Positions 1 through 11,566 of a DNA stretch of 64,000 bases are shown piece by piece. Both the position numbers and the translations under genes were made by a program. Source of the stretch: Chrysomallon squamiferum. Its lineage: Eukaryota; Animalia; Mollusca. The stretch is from positions 35,092,001 through 35,156,000 of the forward strand of contig CM022672.1 of NCBI GenBank assembly GCA_012295275.1, given 5' to 3'. The notes under the pieces were generated by a model that did not search any database, was not told the origin of the DNA, and worked only from the letters and a program-made list of their open reading frames with translations. Within the stretch, counting starts at the first letter, position 1. Each line of letters starts with the position of its first letter.

Positions 1-84
1 TGTAGATAATGAAACATGTACGTTTAACAGTTTAAAAATAACAGTAACAAATAGTGAAGAAACGTAAAAAATGACAATGTGGAA

Positions 85-640
85 ACTTACAGTATACAGT
101 GAACAATATAATAAGACCACTTACAGTACACAGTGAACAATATAATAAGAGCACTTACATCACACAGTGAACAATGTAATAAGAACACTTACACTACACA
201 GTGAACAATGTAATAAGACCACTTACACTACACAGTGAACAATATAATAAGAACACTTACACTACACAGTGAACAGTGTAATAAGACCACTTACAGTACA
301 CAGTGAACAATATAATAAGAACACTTACACTACACAGTGAACAATGTAAAAATAACACTTACAGTACACAGTGAACAATGTAATAAGAACACTTACACTA
401 CACAGTGAACAATGTTATAAGAACACTTACAGTACACAGTGAACAATGTAATAAGAACACTTACAGTACACAGTGAACAATGTAATAAGAACACTTACAG
501 TACACAGTGAACAATGTAATAAGAACACTTACAGTAGATAGTGAACAATGTAATAAGAACACTTACAGTACACAGTGAACAATGTAAAAAGCACACTTAC
601 ACTTCACAGTGAACAATGTAAGAACACTTACAGTACACAG
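85..640. repeat. 34-bp minisatellite (~16 copies) containing the exon end and 5' splice donor of the adjacent Ig exon
   Basis: ACTTAC recurs at 85, 119, 153... (period 34). Unit is approximately CACTTACAGTACACAGTGAACAATGTAATAAGAA; on the minus strand it reads CACTGTGTACT|GTAAGTG, identical to the real donor at 632/631. Confidence 0.95.
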
Positions 641-928
641 TGAGAGTTTTGGTGTCAGTGTCGCTGTATCTGCCTGTCTTGTGCTGAGCACTGCACTGAT
701 AAGTCTTCGTGTTAACATTTCTAGTAATCACAAAATTCAAATCTACTACGACAGTGTTGCCAATAATCTGTGATGATGTCTTAGTGTGACCTCCAAAACA
801 AGACAACGTTGCTGATGTCACCAAAGGATTTCCTCCAGTGACAACACATGACAGGTTTAGTGTGTCACCTTCATACACAGCATTTCCTGTCTCGTATACT
901 GATATTACAGGTGGCTTCGGTGGCGGAT
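632..928 (-). CDS. Ig domain exon 3 of family-1 gene (open frame)
   Basis: YPPPKPPVISVYETGNAVYEGDTLNLSCVVTGGNPLVTS...YQCSAQH...KTLTVY. C..GGNP and YxC motifs are typical of nephrin/hemicentin-type Ig domains. Confidence 0.85.
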
Positions 929-1298
929 CTGTAACAGAAAAGTATGTTTGTAAGAATGTGTTATATTACTCAGTTTTACATAAACAGATGCCTTTTTTTC
1001 TTATTACTTTTCTTTTTTGCAGGCTATTGTGAGACAGATCAAAAGTTATTTGACGAAAACAAGTATTTTCATATATATACAGATCTGTTTTTACTCAGTG
1101 ATGTGGCTTTACCAAACATTGATTAGATAATATTATAATTAAATTAATATAAAAATATATACAACAACACATGTTTTAAGCACTATAATAAAATATGCTA
1201 TTGAATATTTGAAGTCTCATGAAAAAATATCACAAACATAACATTATTAACTATGAGTTAGTATTATGTGTTTTTCAGTGACATGAAGTAGGTCTTAC

Positions 1299-1649
1299 AC
1301 TGTACATTAAGCTGTATTTTGTTTGTGGATGTCACATCTGAATCTCCTCTCTTCTCCATCAGACTGTTTATAGCAGCACAGAAAACACTGTCACCATGAT
1401 GACGTCTGTCAGCAGTGTAGCTGTAGTTCACGGAGGTATTTCAGTCACGTGTAGTAGGTGTAGCAGGTGATCCAGGTAAAGCGAAGTTACTACCTGACTT
1501 GTCTTGTCTGTACCACGACACCTGAGATGTTGTGGGTGCAGGTTTTGCTCCTTGTATAAAACAGGTGAACTCAACTGATCTTCCTTCCACAACAACAACA
1601 GAACCTGGAGTAGATCCTGAAACCTCCAGAGTAACTGTTGTAACTGGAG
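1299..1649 (-). pseudogene. Ig domain exon 2 (C2-like) of family-1 gene with internal TGA
   Basis: PVTTVTLEVSG...VVEGRSVEFTCFIQGAKPAPTTSQVSWYRQ...TTRD*NTSVNYSYTADRRHHGDSVFCAAINS...KIQLNVQ. Confidence 0.8.
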
Positions 1650-2174
1650 CTGAAAATGTAGTAAGTTTTAAATAATGACTTTATGTATTTTAATAATCAA
1701 AGTTCATAAATCGCACACACGTTTTATATATACTATTTTCGCTTTGGATATGATCTGTGTTGTTGTATAAATAAATATATCTATAAAGGAACTTTGCGGT
1801 CATTTTGGTAACTCTCTCTCTCTCTCCCTCTCTCTCTCTCTCCCTCTCTCTCTCTCTCTCAAGCTCTATCTCTTTTTTCTATTTTGTTAAGGTGAGAATT
1901 TTAACCTTTGTATTGTCATTTGGACTAAAGAAATAACATTATTAATGTGCACGCAATCATTTATCTTGTCTTTAGGAACTTTTAAACTTAACCCATATTT
2001 CCTTTTCATGAATTTGAAGCAAGAACATGGACTAAACTGACAACCAGCCCAAATACACCCTCTGGGACACTACGTGTACCACTTGGAGGTGTTTAGTATG
2101 AATCCTGTTCAATGCATGACCATTTTAGCAATAAAAGAGATGAACATTTTCCTTTCATCTCCTTAAATTTGAAG

Positions 2175-2592
2175 ACGGTTCGACGACAACTCAGTTTATA
2201 AGACAGGGGAAAGGGCATTGGCTGTGTAAAAGACTGACACTCTCAAAGATCTGTGGCTCACCGTCTAAATGTAAGCCAAACTGTTATCAGAAGATTTTCG
2301 AAGAGGTTCAGGACGACTAATTCTGTCTGAAATCGCTCTCGTTCCGGAAGACCAGGAGCAACAACAGCACAAGAAGACTATTTCCTGATTGCGCCGGCGT
2401 TGCGACAGCGTTTTGTGACCGCACGGCGTCTTCGTCATCACTCAGAGCTGCTACAGCAACACGAGTCTGCGAGACCAAGGTTTAAAATGTCGGCGTCCTG
2501 TACTCCGACCACAGCTGCTTGGCCTTCGCAGAAAGGCTCGTCTTCATTGGTGCTGACGTCACATCAGGTGGAACCGTGAGCAATGGACAGTG
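2175..2592 (+). mobile_element. Degenerate Tc1/mariner transposase N-terminal (paired-like HTH) fragment in intron
   Basis: Translates to VRRQLSL*DRGKGIG...HSQRSVAHRLNVSQTVIRR...RSRSGRPGATTAQEDYFL...ALRQRFVTA, then after a frameshift LRDQGLKCRRPVLRPQL...RKARLHW..HIRWNREQW. Confidence 0.85.
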
Positions 2593-2665
2593 AGCAGAGA
2601 CTTTGTTTACAGATGAGCCACGCTACCTGCTCCAGTTCAGTGACGGCCGGAACCATGTTTATATA

Positions 2666-2720
<55 letters not shown>

Positions 2721-2824
2721 GTATATGTAGTGTCTGTATCAGGCTGGAGGTTTCTTAACTTACTGATTTAGAATCTCAAAACTAATTTAAAGAATACTTT
2801 ACTAACTTTATCAAAAGTACTTAC

Positions 2825-3151
2825 AGTAAACAGTCAGAATAAAGTTTTTGCCTAAACTCGTTCCATGTTGACATCTCCAGTTTGCGTCATCTGTAACTTT
2901 CAGACTTTCTACTGTCAAATTGTAAACTCGAGTTTCTCCACTGCTGCTGTCACATCCACAGTTGTAACCAGTGAGAGGAAACCTCTCTACACATGCTGAG
3001 TTAACTCCACACACTGATCTGAAACTGCCTCGTATATTTCTTTGAAAAAGCACATTAACTGATATACTACCAACAGGTGTCACAGAACAAGATAAAGTTT
3101 ATCTCTCTCCTACAACTCCATAAGATGAGCCATTCATCTGCAGAGATAAAC
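2825..3151 (-). pseudogene. V-like Ig exon 1 of family-1 gene with internal TAA
   Basis: GLSLQMNGSSYGVVGER*TLSCSVTPVGSISVNVLFQR...VCGVNSAC...TGYNCGC...VYNLTVESLKVTDDANWRCQHG...FILTVY. Confidence 0.8.
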
Positions 3152-3480
3152 CTGAAAAAAAGGTATAATAGTTCAAATTAAAATATTCTGATGCATCTAT
3201 GAAGAGAATAACTTAGTAAATACTTTCAAATTATTGATATTAATGATAGAGTAGTCTGAATAGTACCAGCTGAGGTAGCAGTAATGGCAATATGAAATGT
3301 GTAGTAGTAACAGTAGTATTATTAATGGTAGTTGTAGTAGCGATAATACTAGCAGTAGTAGTATGTGTAGAAGTAGTATGACAATACATGAGTAGAAGTA
3401 GCAGCAGTAGCCATACTATGAAGACAAACAGCAACAGTAGTAGTTCTAGTAGAACCAATATGAGTAGAATTAGCAGCAAC

Positions 3481-3775
3481 AGTAGCAATGTGAGTAAATA
3501 TTGTTAAAGTAGTACAGGAAGTATAGTATTAGTATTAACAGTAGCAATGTGAGTAAATGTTGTTAAAGTAGTTCAGGAAGTATAGTATTAGTAGCAACAG
3601 TAACAATGTGAGTAAATGTTGTTAAAGTAGTTCAGGAAGTATAGTATTAGTATTAACAGTAGCAATGTGAGTAAATGTTGTTAAAGTAGTTCAGGAAGTA
3701 TAGTATTAGTAGCAACAGTAGCAATGTGAGTAAATGTTGTTAAAGTAGTTCAGGAAGTATAGTATTAGTAGCAGT
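3481..3775. repeat. ~59-bp minisatellite (~5 copies) within an (AGT)n-like low-complexity tract spanning ~3240-4380
   Basis: AGTAGCAATGTGAGTAAATGTTGTTAAAGTAGTTCAGGAAGTATAGTATTAGTA repeats at 3481, 3540, 3599... Confidence 0.9.
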
Positions 3776-4929
3776 GGTAATTTGAGTAGTGTTAGTATTA
3801 ACAGTAGAATAGACATATCTGTCTGAGAAGTAATAGTGGGAGCACTGTGTAGAAGTAGTGGTAGTTGTTGTACGAGTACAAATAGTAACATTAGTAGAAG
3901 TACGAACAAAAGTAATAATAGTAGCAGTTCGAGTAAAAGTAGTAAGTGGAAGTAATATTATCAGTAAGACTAAATGTAGTAGCAGCAGTAGCAATGGCAC
4001 TAGATAAGTAGTACTAGTAGGAGTAGAAGCAGTGGTAGCACTATGATTAGTAGTAGTAATTCTTGTTGCTGTCGTTGTTGTAGCAATAGGAGGAGAAGAA
4101 GCAACAGAAGTGGCAGCAGTGGTATGAGAAGTGGAAGTAGTAATAGTATGAGTGGAATAGTTTGAGTAGAAGCTTAGTAATAGTTCTACGAGTAGAGGTA
4201 ATTTGAATGATAGTATTTAGAAATGACAGCTGTGGAAATAAAATGATTAGCGTTATTGAAATAGCAAGTTTTTAATGCTACTCCTCCGTTTCCTCTAACT
4301 TTTATAAGTATTGCAACTACTACTACTACTACTACTACTATTATTATTATTATTATTAGATGTTGTAATAGTAGTAGCAGGAACAAATTACTGATTTCTT
4401 CACTATTTACAGCAATTCAAAAGTGTTCTCTTCATAACGTGTGAAAGTAGAAAGGAACTTATAAAGAGGTGAGGTGCTATAGAGAGCAAGATCAGTTCTT
4501 CCCAGTGCGCTCACTGTATTATTTATCCTAGCTGCTAATGTCTTACTGGTTTATCAAAGACATTGGTATATGCTTTTCTGTCTTGGAGATGTATCAATAT
4601 TGAAAATTAGAAGTTCTTCACATTAATGTACCAAATTTCCTCTAATTTTACCTGTTGTGATCTTAACGATAGGACATGTATTTGTGGATTCTTATGAATC
4701 ATCTAATAAAGCTTATAGCACGAGTCGTGAAACATCGAATAAAACGTTTGTCTTTACAGAAAGCAGCATGTGTTACACTTAATTTAAACGAGTACGATAG
4801 TCTATACTGTATAATGTTTTTACCGTCTTGACTCCTATACGTTGGTTGTACATCTGGTAGTGTTAATAAAATCCTGGCCTTAGACTGTGTCTTAGTACTG
4901 TACTATATAAATAAATAAACAAAACATAC

Positions 4930-4984
4930 CTGTGCTGTATCTGACAATCACGAGAGAAACAAGTAAATACTTCAACAGCGCCAT
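4930..4984 (-). CDS. Signal-peptide exon of family-1 Ig gene
   Basis: ACC-ATG-G Kozak context, MALLKYLLVSLVIVRYST(G), donor G|GTATGT, phase 1 matching the next Ig exon. Confidence 0.75.
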
Positions 4985-5769
4985 GGTGTATGCTGTGTCT
5001 AAACTTGTTTCTTCCGGGTACACGAGCTCAATCTATCTAGGTTACTGTGTCATGTTTCTAAAGCGCTGTCACTGTGTTAAAGTGACTATCTTTTCCTCTA
5101 TATTTATTTCACTTTATTTGTTATGTTTCACCCGATTTGTTTTCATTTGTTTCTCAATAAATATAACTTGAACATTTCGCTATTTATAATAATCTGTATT
5201 TATAAATGGAACGCTATACCTGTCGTCTAACTTCGCAAAGTAGGACACACACTATATATGTATGTAACAAATAATCTACAGCTGTTTACTTGGTCACGTT
5301 TTAATGTAACTCACTTGAGAATTGATCAGATACTGACTATTTTACCGAATTCACGTATTTTTCTAAGAAAGTATCTGCAAAATATTAAGTATCAACCTGC
5401 TTATTATTTGATCAGTTAATTGTGTATCTTTAAACTAAAACATGTTATAAACTGTTACGAATTATACAGTGAATAGCGAGATAACAGAACTACAAAACAT
5501 GATTTTGTTAATAATATACATATATATAGTTTTATTTATTTATTTATTTTTCTGAAATTGAAGCAGAATCATTTTAGTCGTGTACATCACAATGTCAAGT
5601 AAGGTGAAGTGAAATAGTAAATTAGTTCAATGAAATTAAAACAAGACAGCTTACAGTGTACTTGTTTTAATGACAATTAAATATCTCAATGCAACATAGC
5701 ATTATCAGAAACTGATGCAGCTGCTTGTTTATCACAGACAGCTGTATGTGCTTTTCTGTCAAGGAGAAG

Positions 5770-5893
5770 ATGTATAAATATCAAAGGCTTTTTGCTGTTT
5801 GTTTATTAATATTGTTTTCCAAATTTAAAGACGATTCATTTTTGTTTATAACTCTAGAAATTATGTTTGCATTGATATGTGAAGCCAAAGTTG
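5770..5893 (+). other. Possible orphan leader-like exon on plus strand
   Basis: ATG at 5770, hydrophobic MYKYQRLFAVCLLILFS...IMFALICEAKV, phase-1 donor G|GTAAGA. No downstream plus-strand exon identified. Confidence 0.3.
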
Positions 5894-5947
5894 GTAAGAT
5901 CATTTATTTGCGCTATATTAATAATAATAATAGTAATAATAATAATC

Positions 5948-5995
<48 letters not shown>

Positions 5996-6154
5996 GAAAT
6001 AAAAGGTACATTAAATCTAAATCAAGGCAATTTTGAATTTAGTTTAAATTAGAAAATTCTACAGATTGTTCTCTCCATCTTACTTCTTAATTTTATCATT
6101 ATTTTCTTATTAATTATCCACCTCTACAATTTGAGTTTTGTTTCGACTTTATTA

Positions 6155-6206
<52 letters not shown>

Positions 6207-6333
6207 CATTATTTTTACAATCTATTTGTTTTCCTGCTTTCTTATAATTTTTTTCGTAACTGGGAAATTAGCAAACAACAACTATCATATCAACTGAAAT
6301 AACTGAATAATAAAATATAGCAGTACATTTCCA

Positions 6334-6417
<84 letters not shown>

Positions 6418-8719
6418 AACATACTTTTTAAATAACAAAAGTAAGCATAAGCAAATAAGAACCTTTTAATCAGGTTTTCAAAAAGAATACAAAGCATTAA
6501 AATGTAAACGAAACAAAATTAGATCAAACACAAAAAACAGTGCATTAAAATAACAGTAACAATTTTAAAAAGTAGGTAGCATTATAGTTGAAATGAATTA
6601 TCATTAAAATGTGTACATGGACCGTGTATATTGAAACATTTCACTCTTAACAAAGTGTTTCAACAATTTTATAATGTTATGGACATTTCAAAAGTTACAT
6701 AAGTGAAATAACATTTTTAAAACAGCATATACCATTCAGCATATTACTATTCAAACTCACAAAAGATTCAGTTAAAATAACAGAAAGAAAGAGAAAAAAG
6801 AGGTAATATTGTAGCTGAAATGTGAAACTATTTAAATCTGGAGCATTAAGAATTCAATTAACAATGAATTTCAGTAATTATACAAATAACTAAACATGTT
6901 AAAACACTAATAATTAATAAAAGTTGTAAAACATATTTAATCTCAATTGTCCATGCTAGAAAACGTTTCTAAACATAAAGTTTTTTCTTTAAAAAGACTT
7001 CTTATCTGAGATGCTGTGAAATGTACTAAAAACCTGCCAGCATTCTAACTTACCAGTTACTTCTGATTTATCATTCTAACCAGTATTTTACAGATATATA
7101 CTAATTCACCTTTTGCTTACAAACGATAAACAGAACATTAAACATTATTACGTTAACTTTTTTTCTAATTATCGTAAAAATAACTTTCACAAAATATTAT
7201 CACATTGGAATCTGATACTAAATAAAATAAATATTTACTGAATAATTAAATTATAGAAAGATATACACAAACCACATTTCATTACAAGAGGTATGCAATT
7301 AGTCTAACAAAGGAAACGAAATTATTATTATGAGTTTGAGAAAGAACCAAAGAATGTCATAAGAATATAATTTAGATTGGTGTCAGTAATAGATACATCT
7401 CAGCATGTATCTCCATGTGAGGGGTGTGTTGATCTACAGCAAACCAGTGATGGCAGAAGTGTTGATTAACCTGTAGAATATTTTTAAAAATATGAAACAA
7501 AAATAGTAAAGAAAGAATTATAAAGCTTATACAGAAGCATAAATCGACACAAAAAATATAAATGATAAAGAGATAAAGACAAAATACGTAGATCCATAGC
7601 ATTATATACACTGATATAAGCACATATGTACATACAGATAATACATACCTTCTTAGACAAATACCAAGAAAGAAGACAGTCATACAGAATCGCAGAAACA
7701 CACAGGTATACCTAATGAAATATTAGACATGGTACAGATGGATAGATAGAGAAAGATACACTGAGAAGAAAGCTGATAAAATTAATATTACAAAAAATCA
7801 CTAATAAAAGAGACCAGTTACAAGATGACTTACGTGATTATTAGAGAAAACATTGAAGAAAATGTGCAATCACTTCCGCTGGTTTTACCTAATATATATG
7901 GAATGTATGATGTTTAGTTACAAATAAAATTATCATATAAAAATCAATATAATACGTACGTATGTATGTATATGCATATATAGATACATACATACATACA
8001 TACATACATATGTATATATAGAAGAGTAAACTATAACTTGATCTTCCCACATTTAACCTGTATTGAATGTATGATGTTTTGTTAAAAAAAAATTAAAAAA
8101 TCGAAAACTGCAAGATAGAGAAAGTGAAAAATATATATCAGCCAAACAATTTACAAGTAAAAGCACCTTTTGCGTTATTTTACTGAGTAGTATTACTGCT
8201 TTTATCTGCTTTCTAGTTTGTTCAGTTAAAGTGCATTTGAAACAAATACCAGCTTTACTTTATAAAGAAGTCACACATCAAAAATGAAAAGATTATTTTT
8301 CCAGTAATCTTCATAAGCTGATAAGAAAAAGGAACAAAATTATATTTATGGTTTAAAATGTGTAAATGAGAAAGATAAAAGGAACTTTGAATAGAGATAA
8401 AAATGTACATGAATAGATAAAAGAATCAGTTTGTTAAATTTTACGAATGTTGATTACAGAAATTCCTCAGTATTTGTTTTCAAAATGATTAGTTTTGTTT
8501 TTCATTTCTCTTCTCTTTTTATTCTTCTTCTTTAAATAACTAAATAAATCAACCAAAAGGATCTAATTTTCATAGTTCAGGACACGTTTCAGTAAATAGG
8601 AAAATAAGTTAAAACGGAAACTGACTTTGACTTTCATGTAAGTAAAATGAATGCTTTATTTGGGGGTTTTTTCATCAATTATTTTCGCCAAATCCCGAAT
8701 ACATTAGATTTTTTTCTTT

Positions 8720-9800
8720 CTTTCAAGGCATTTGACTTCAGAATCAGAATATGACTAGCAGCAACAGCTTTTGACTCTGCTTTATCAAAATCTTTATCAG
8801 AAAACTTTGTCAGGCTTGCAAAACTAACAAAACATACTTTTCGTTACCATTAGCTTGACTATGTTTGCTTCGTGCCAGAAAAACCTTCCTTAACAGACAC
8901 ATGGCGATGAGATGCAAGAAGGACGCGACGTAGAACGAGTATTCAGAGCTTCTCAAGTATTTTGTCCTGACCCTTAGTTTCATACATCGAAGTGTCCACT
9001 TTGTGATACACAGAACTTGATGCTGAAATTCCTTAAACCGAACTATTTTCTGGCTCTCTAACAATATTTCTTTAAAAGTCGTCAAAGCTGGGAAAAATCA
9101 CACCAGCATCAGAAAGTTCAACACGTTTTGGTTTATCAAATGTTCCAAGAGTCACTTCATTTTTTGTCCTACACTAATCCTGGTCACTGGTTATTAGTAC
9201 TTGATCGAGACCTTTGAAAAAATTGGCAACAAATTCTAATAAAAATTGACTAGAGCCACTCACTGTGACAAAACCCTCCCTCTGGGCAGGCGCTCTAGAA
9301 ATAGAAGGTAAACTCGTGAAAGCGCATCATCAACATTCCAACCAGTTTGCTTGGCTCAGTCTGGAAACCACCAGAAATAACGTGCAGGCCACAACTACCT
9401 GTTTTGAGAAGCTGAAGATCTTAGTGATGCGTGTGTGAATTTTCTAGTTTGACATGAAATGACCATTTGACTGATGGCCATCCATGGATATCTGCAGAAG
9501 CCCAGTTCTACTCCGATCACTACTACTTGCATTAAACGTTCTGACAGATCTATATCAGCAGCACGCTGAGTGAACTTACATAGGCTCTCTCTTCTCCTAC
9601 ACTGGAATTCAATAGGTTCAGAAAATATGGAGAATTTTTTCACACACCTTTCATATGTTATCAGCGTTTTCCGTGAACAGATAACGTGGACACATCAAAG
9701 CTTTTCAATAAGAATTCAACGAGATAGTGAGATGAAGATGAGCATCCACGTGGAAACATCTTTAAATTCTGGCTTTCAATCGGGACCACTTCAAAATATG
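8720..9800 (-). mobile_element. Degenerate, internally deleted hAT-superfamily transposase (copy A)
   Basis: Frameshifted motifs: LKSFDVST...HMKG (BED-like finger), LLQISMDG/PSVKWSF, LLKTGSCGLHVISGGFQT (CxxH), W.VDDAL..SAPAQR, and C-terminal LLASHRHVSVKEGFS (cf. SHGQASVERGFS). Confidence 0.75.
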
Positions 9801-10414
9801 ATTGTCCTGTAGTTTGCTTGGTCGACAGAATTGGGAACACAACACACACAACTCTGAACTAATATGACTGGAGATAACGCGAGGATTCTCGAAGATGCGA
9901 TAGATGCGACGCAAGCCGCAAGACGTTTTGTGACAAAATAGTTTTTTTGTACCAGTTACCTGTGGAAATTGAAAAAAATGAAGTTTGCCAGATATGTGGC
10001 TGTTGTGGATAAACCTATTTTCGTCATTGGTAGTTAAAGTTGAAAGAAATATTTAACACTTATAGATATTTAAAAAGAAGAAAAAAGTTACTTTTGTTAG
10101 CTAATCAAATAAATTACTTTTGTAATTCGGAAAATTTTATTTCAATCTGACAGTCTGTGAATAGAGTTGCAGTTTGTCATTTCAGATAAATCAGAAGTCA
10201 AGCTATAATTTGTTCCACAAATCTTTAACTACAACACATCTGCAACCTTGATAATCGTAAAATAGTTGATATAAGCTATCTATCTATCTATGTGTCTATC
10301 TATCTACATATGAATCTATCTATATTTCTATATATTTATCTGTCTATTTATCTATCTGTCTATACATTTATCAATCTATCTATCTCTCTATCTGGCTATA
10401 AACACACACACACA

Positions 10415-10446
<32 letters not shown>

Positions 10447-11236
10447 CACAATCCAGTTTCGAAATTTCAATTGTCTATCTTTCAAAAACCTCTGTCTCTT
10501 GAAGTGAACGTCTTGTCCTCACAAGCTCCTGCTTTTACACTGGAAACAATGACCTTCGAAAATTCACAAACCTCTATTACTCAAAGTTATTTGACAGTCC
10601 AGGGCCACTAATTTAAATGAAATTAGCCTTTTAAAACTAAAACCATTGGAATGGTCAAGGTATTTTTTCGCCTGGTAATTACAGAACAATGGGTCGTTGA
10701 TTAAGAAGACAGAAATTACCTAACTACTGATCATCTGTCTAAGGCTTTTTACAGAACTGCAGACAGCCTCCTAAGAATTGTTGTAGTAAACTGTTAAAGT
10801 TCACTATTTGATGCGTTTTCGCTTACAAATGAGTGTATCGAGCCAAGCATCCTATTAGTAATAATAGTTCATTTAATGAAAGATAAACAAAAAATTAAAA
10901 AAATAACAATACATGAGGAAATACAATTATATGTAAATAATAGTCCATATGTGTGTCAAATTCAATTGAGTTCTGATTTTTATTGTTTGATTATTTACTT
11001 AGTTCACAAAATACGTAAGAGTGTACGCTTCTTAAAATATGAAATGTACTCATCCATTGGAAACGAGAGAAATATTTACATTTTGAAAAGTCAGTGTCTT
11101 CGTTACTTTAACTATTTCTCTGACACGTTCAAAATGTATGTAAACGTACAATAAAACTATAATACATTTTATTTCAGTTTGCTTAAGATCTTATTTTTAA
11201 ATTGAAAATAATTTAGGTATATTTATATTTACATAC

Positions 11237-11566
11237 TTAACTCAGCTTTGTAACATGTAGTTTCACCAACTCCAGGTTTTGATCCATCAGTGCATGTCCA
11301 GTTTCCAACATCTACTTCAGGATTGAATGACTCTATTGTAAGTGTGACATCTCTTGTAATTTGGTCAATGGTAGCACTATAACCACTAAATTTTCCCCTT
11401 GGACTACAAAGAGTGTGATCAACATTACATGTTACTACGTGATCATGATTTCCACGAAACATTTGAATACCATTTTGGACATCTTCCTTCACTCTGCAAA
11501 TGATTTTTGAAGTCTTTCCAGTATAAGCTCCTGTTGAACAATCTATGTATGTCTTCGTTATACCAC
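11237..11566 (-). CDS. Family-2 V-type Ig domain exon, copy A
   Basis: 330 nt, TTTTTCAG acceptor, A|GTATGT donor, phase 1-1, open: GITKTYIDCSTGAYTGKTSKIICRVKEDVQNGIQMFRGNHDHVVTCNVDHTLCSPRGKFSGYSATIDQITRDVTLTIESFNPEVDVGNWTCTDGSKPGVGETTCYKAEL. Confidence 0.85.

Larger units (their letters stand above)
632..4984 (-). pseudogene. Multi-Ig-domain cell-surface protein gene (leader + V-like + two C2/I-like Ig exons; may continue left of the window), with two in-frame stop codons
   Basis: Exons 4984-4930 (MALLKYLLVSLVIVRYST, phase 1), 3151-2825, 1649-1299 and 928-632, all AG/GT bounded. Ig exons are phase 1-1 with lengths 327/351/297. In-frame TAA at 3099-3101 and TGA at 1441-1443. Confidence 0.8.

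Noticed and set aside
85-640. CRISPR-like array or RAG RSS array (each unit contains the heptamer CACAGTG)
   Set aside because: No unique spacers and a eukaryotic context. The heptamer is the complement of the exon codons CTC ACT GTG, and no ACAAAAACC-like nonamer lies at 12 or 23 nt.
1441-1443. In-frame TGA as selenocysteine or readthrough
   Set aside because: Not at an Ig cysteine position, and an upstream TAA also interrupts the gene.
3240-4386. Poly-Leu/Thr ORFs as signal-peptide or mucin exons (similarly 53690-54004)
   Set aside because: Translations of degenerate (AGT/ACT)n intronic low-complexity DNA with no splice support.
7372-7701. Hydrophobic ORFs (also 27569-27912, 36009-36229) as multi-pass membrane proteins
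   Set aside because: T-rich compositional artefact; frames shift between the three copies.
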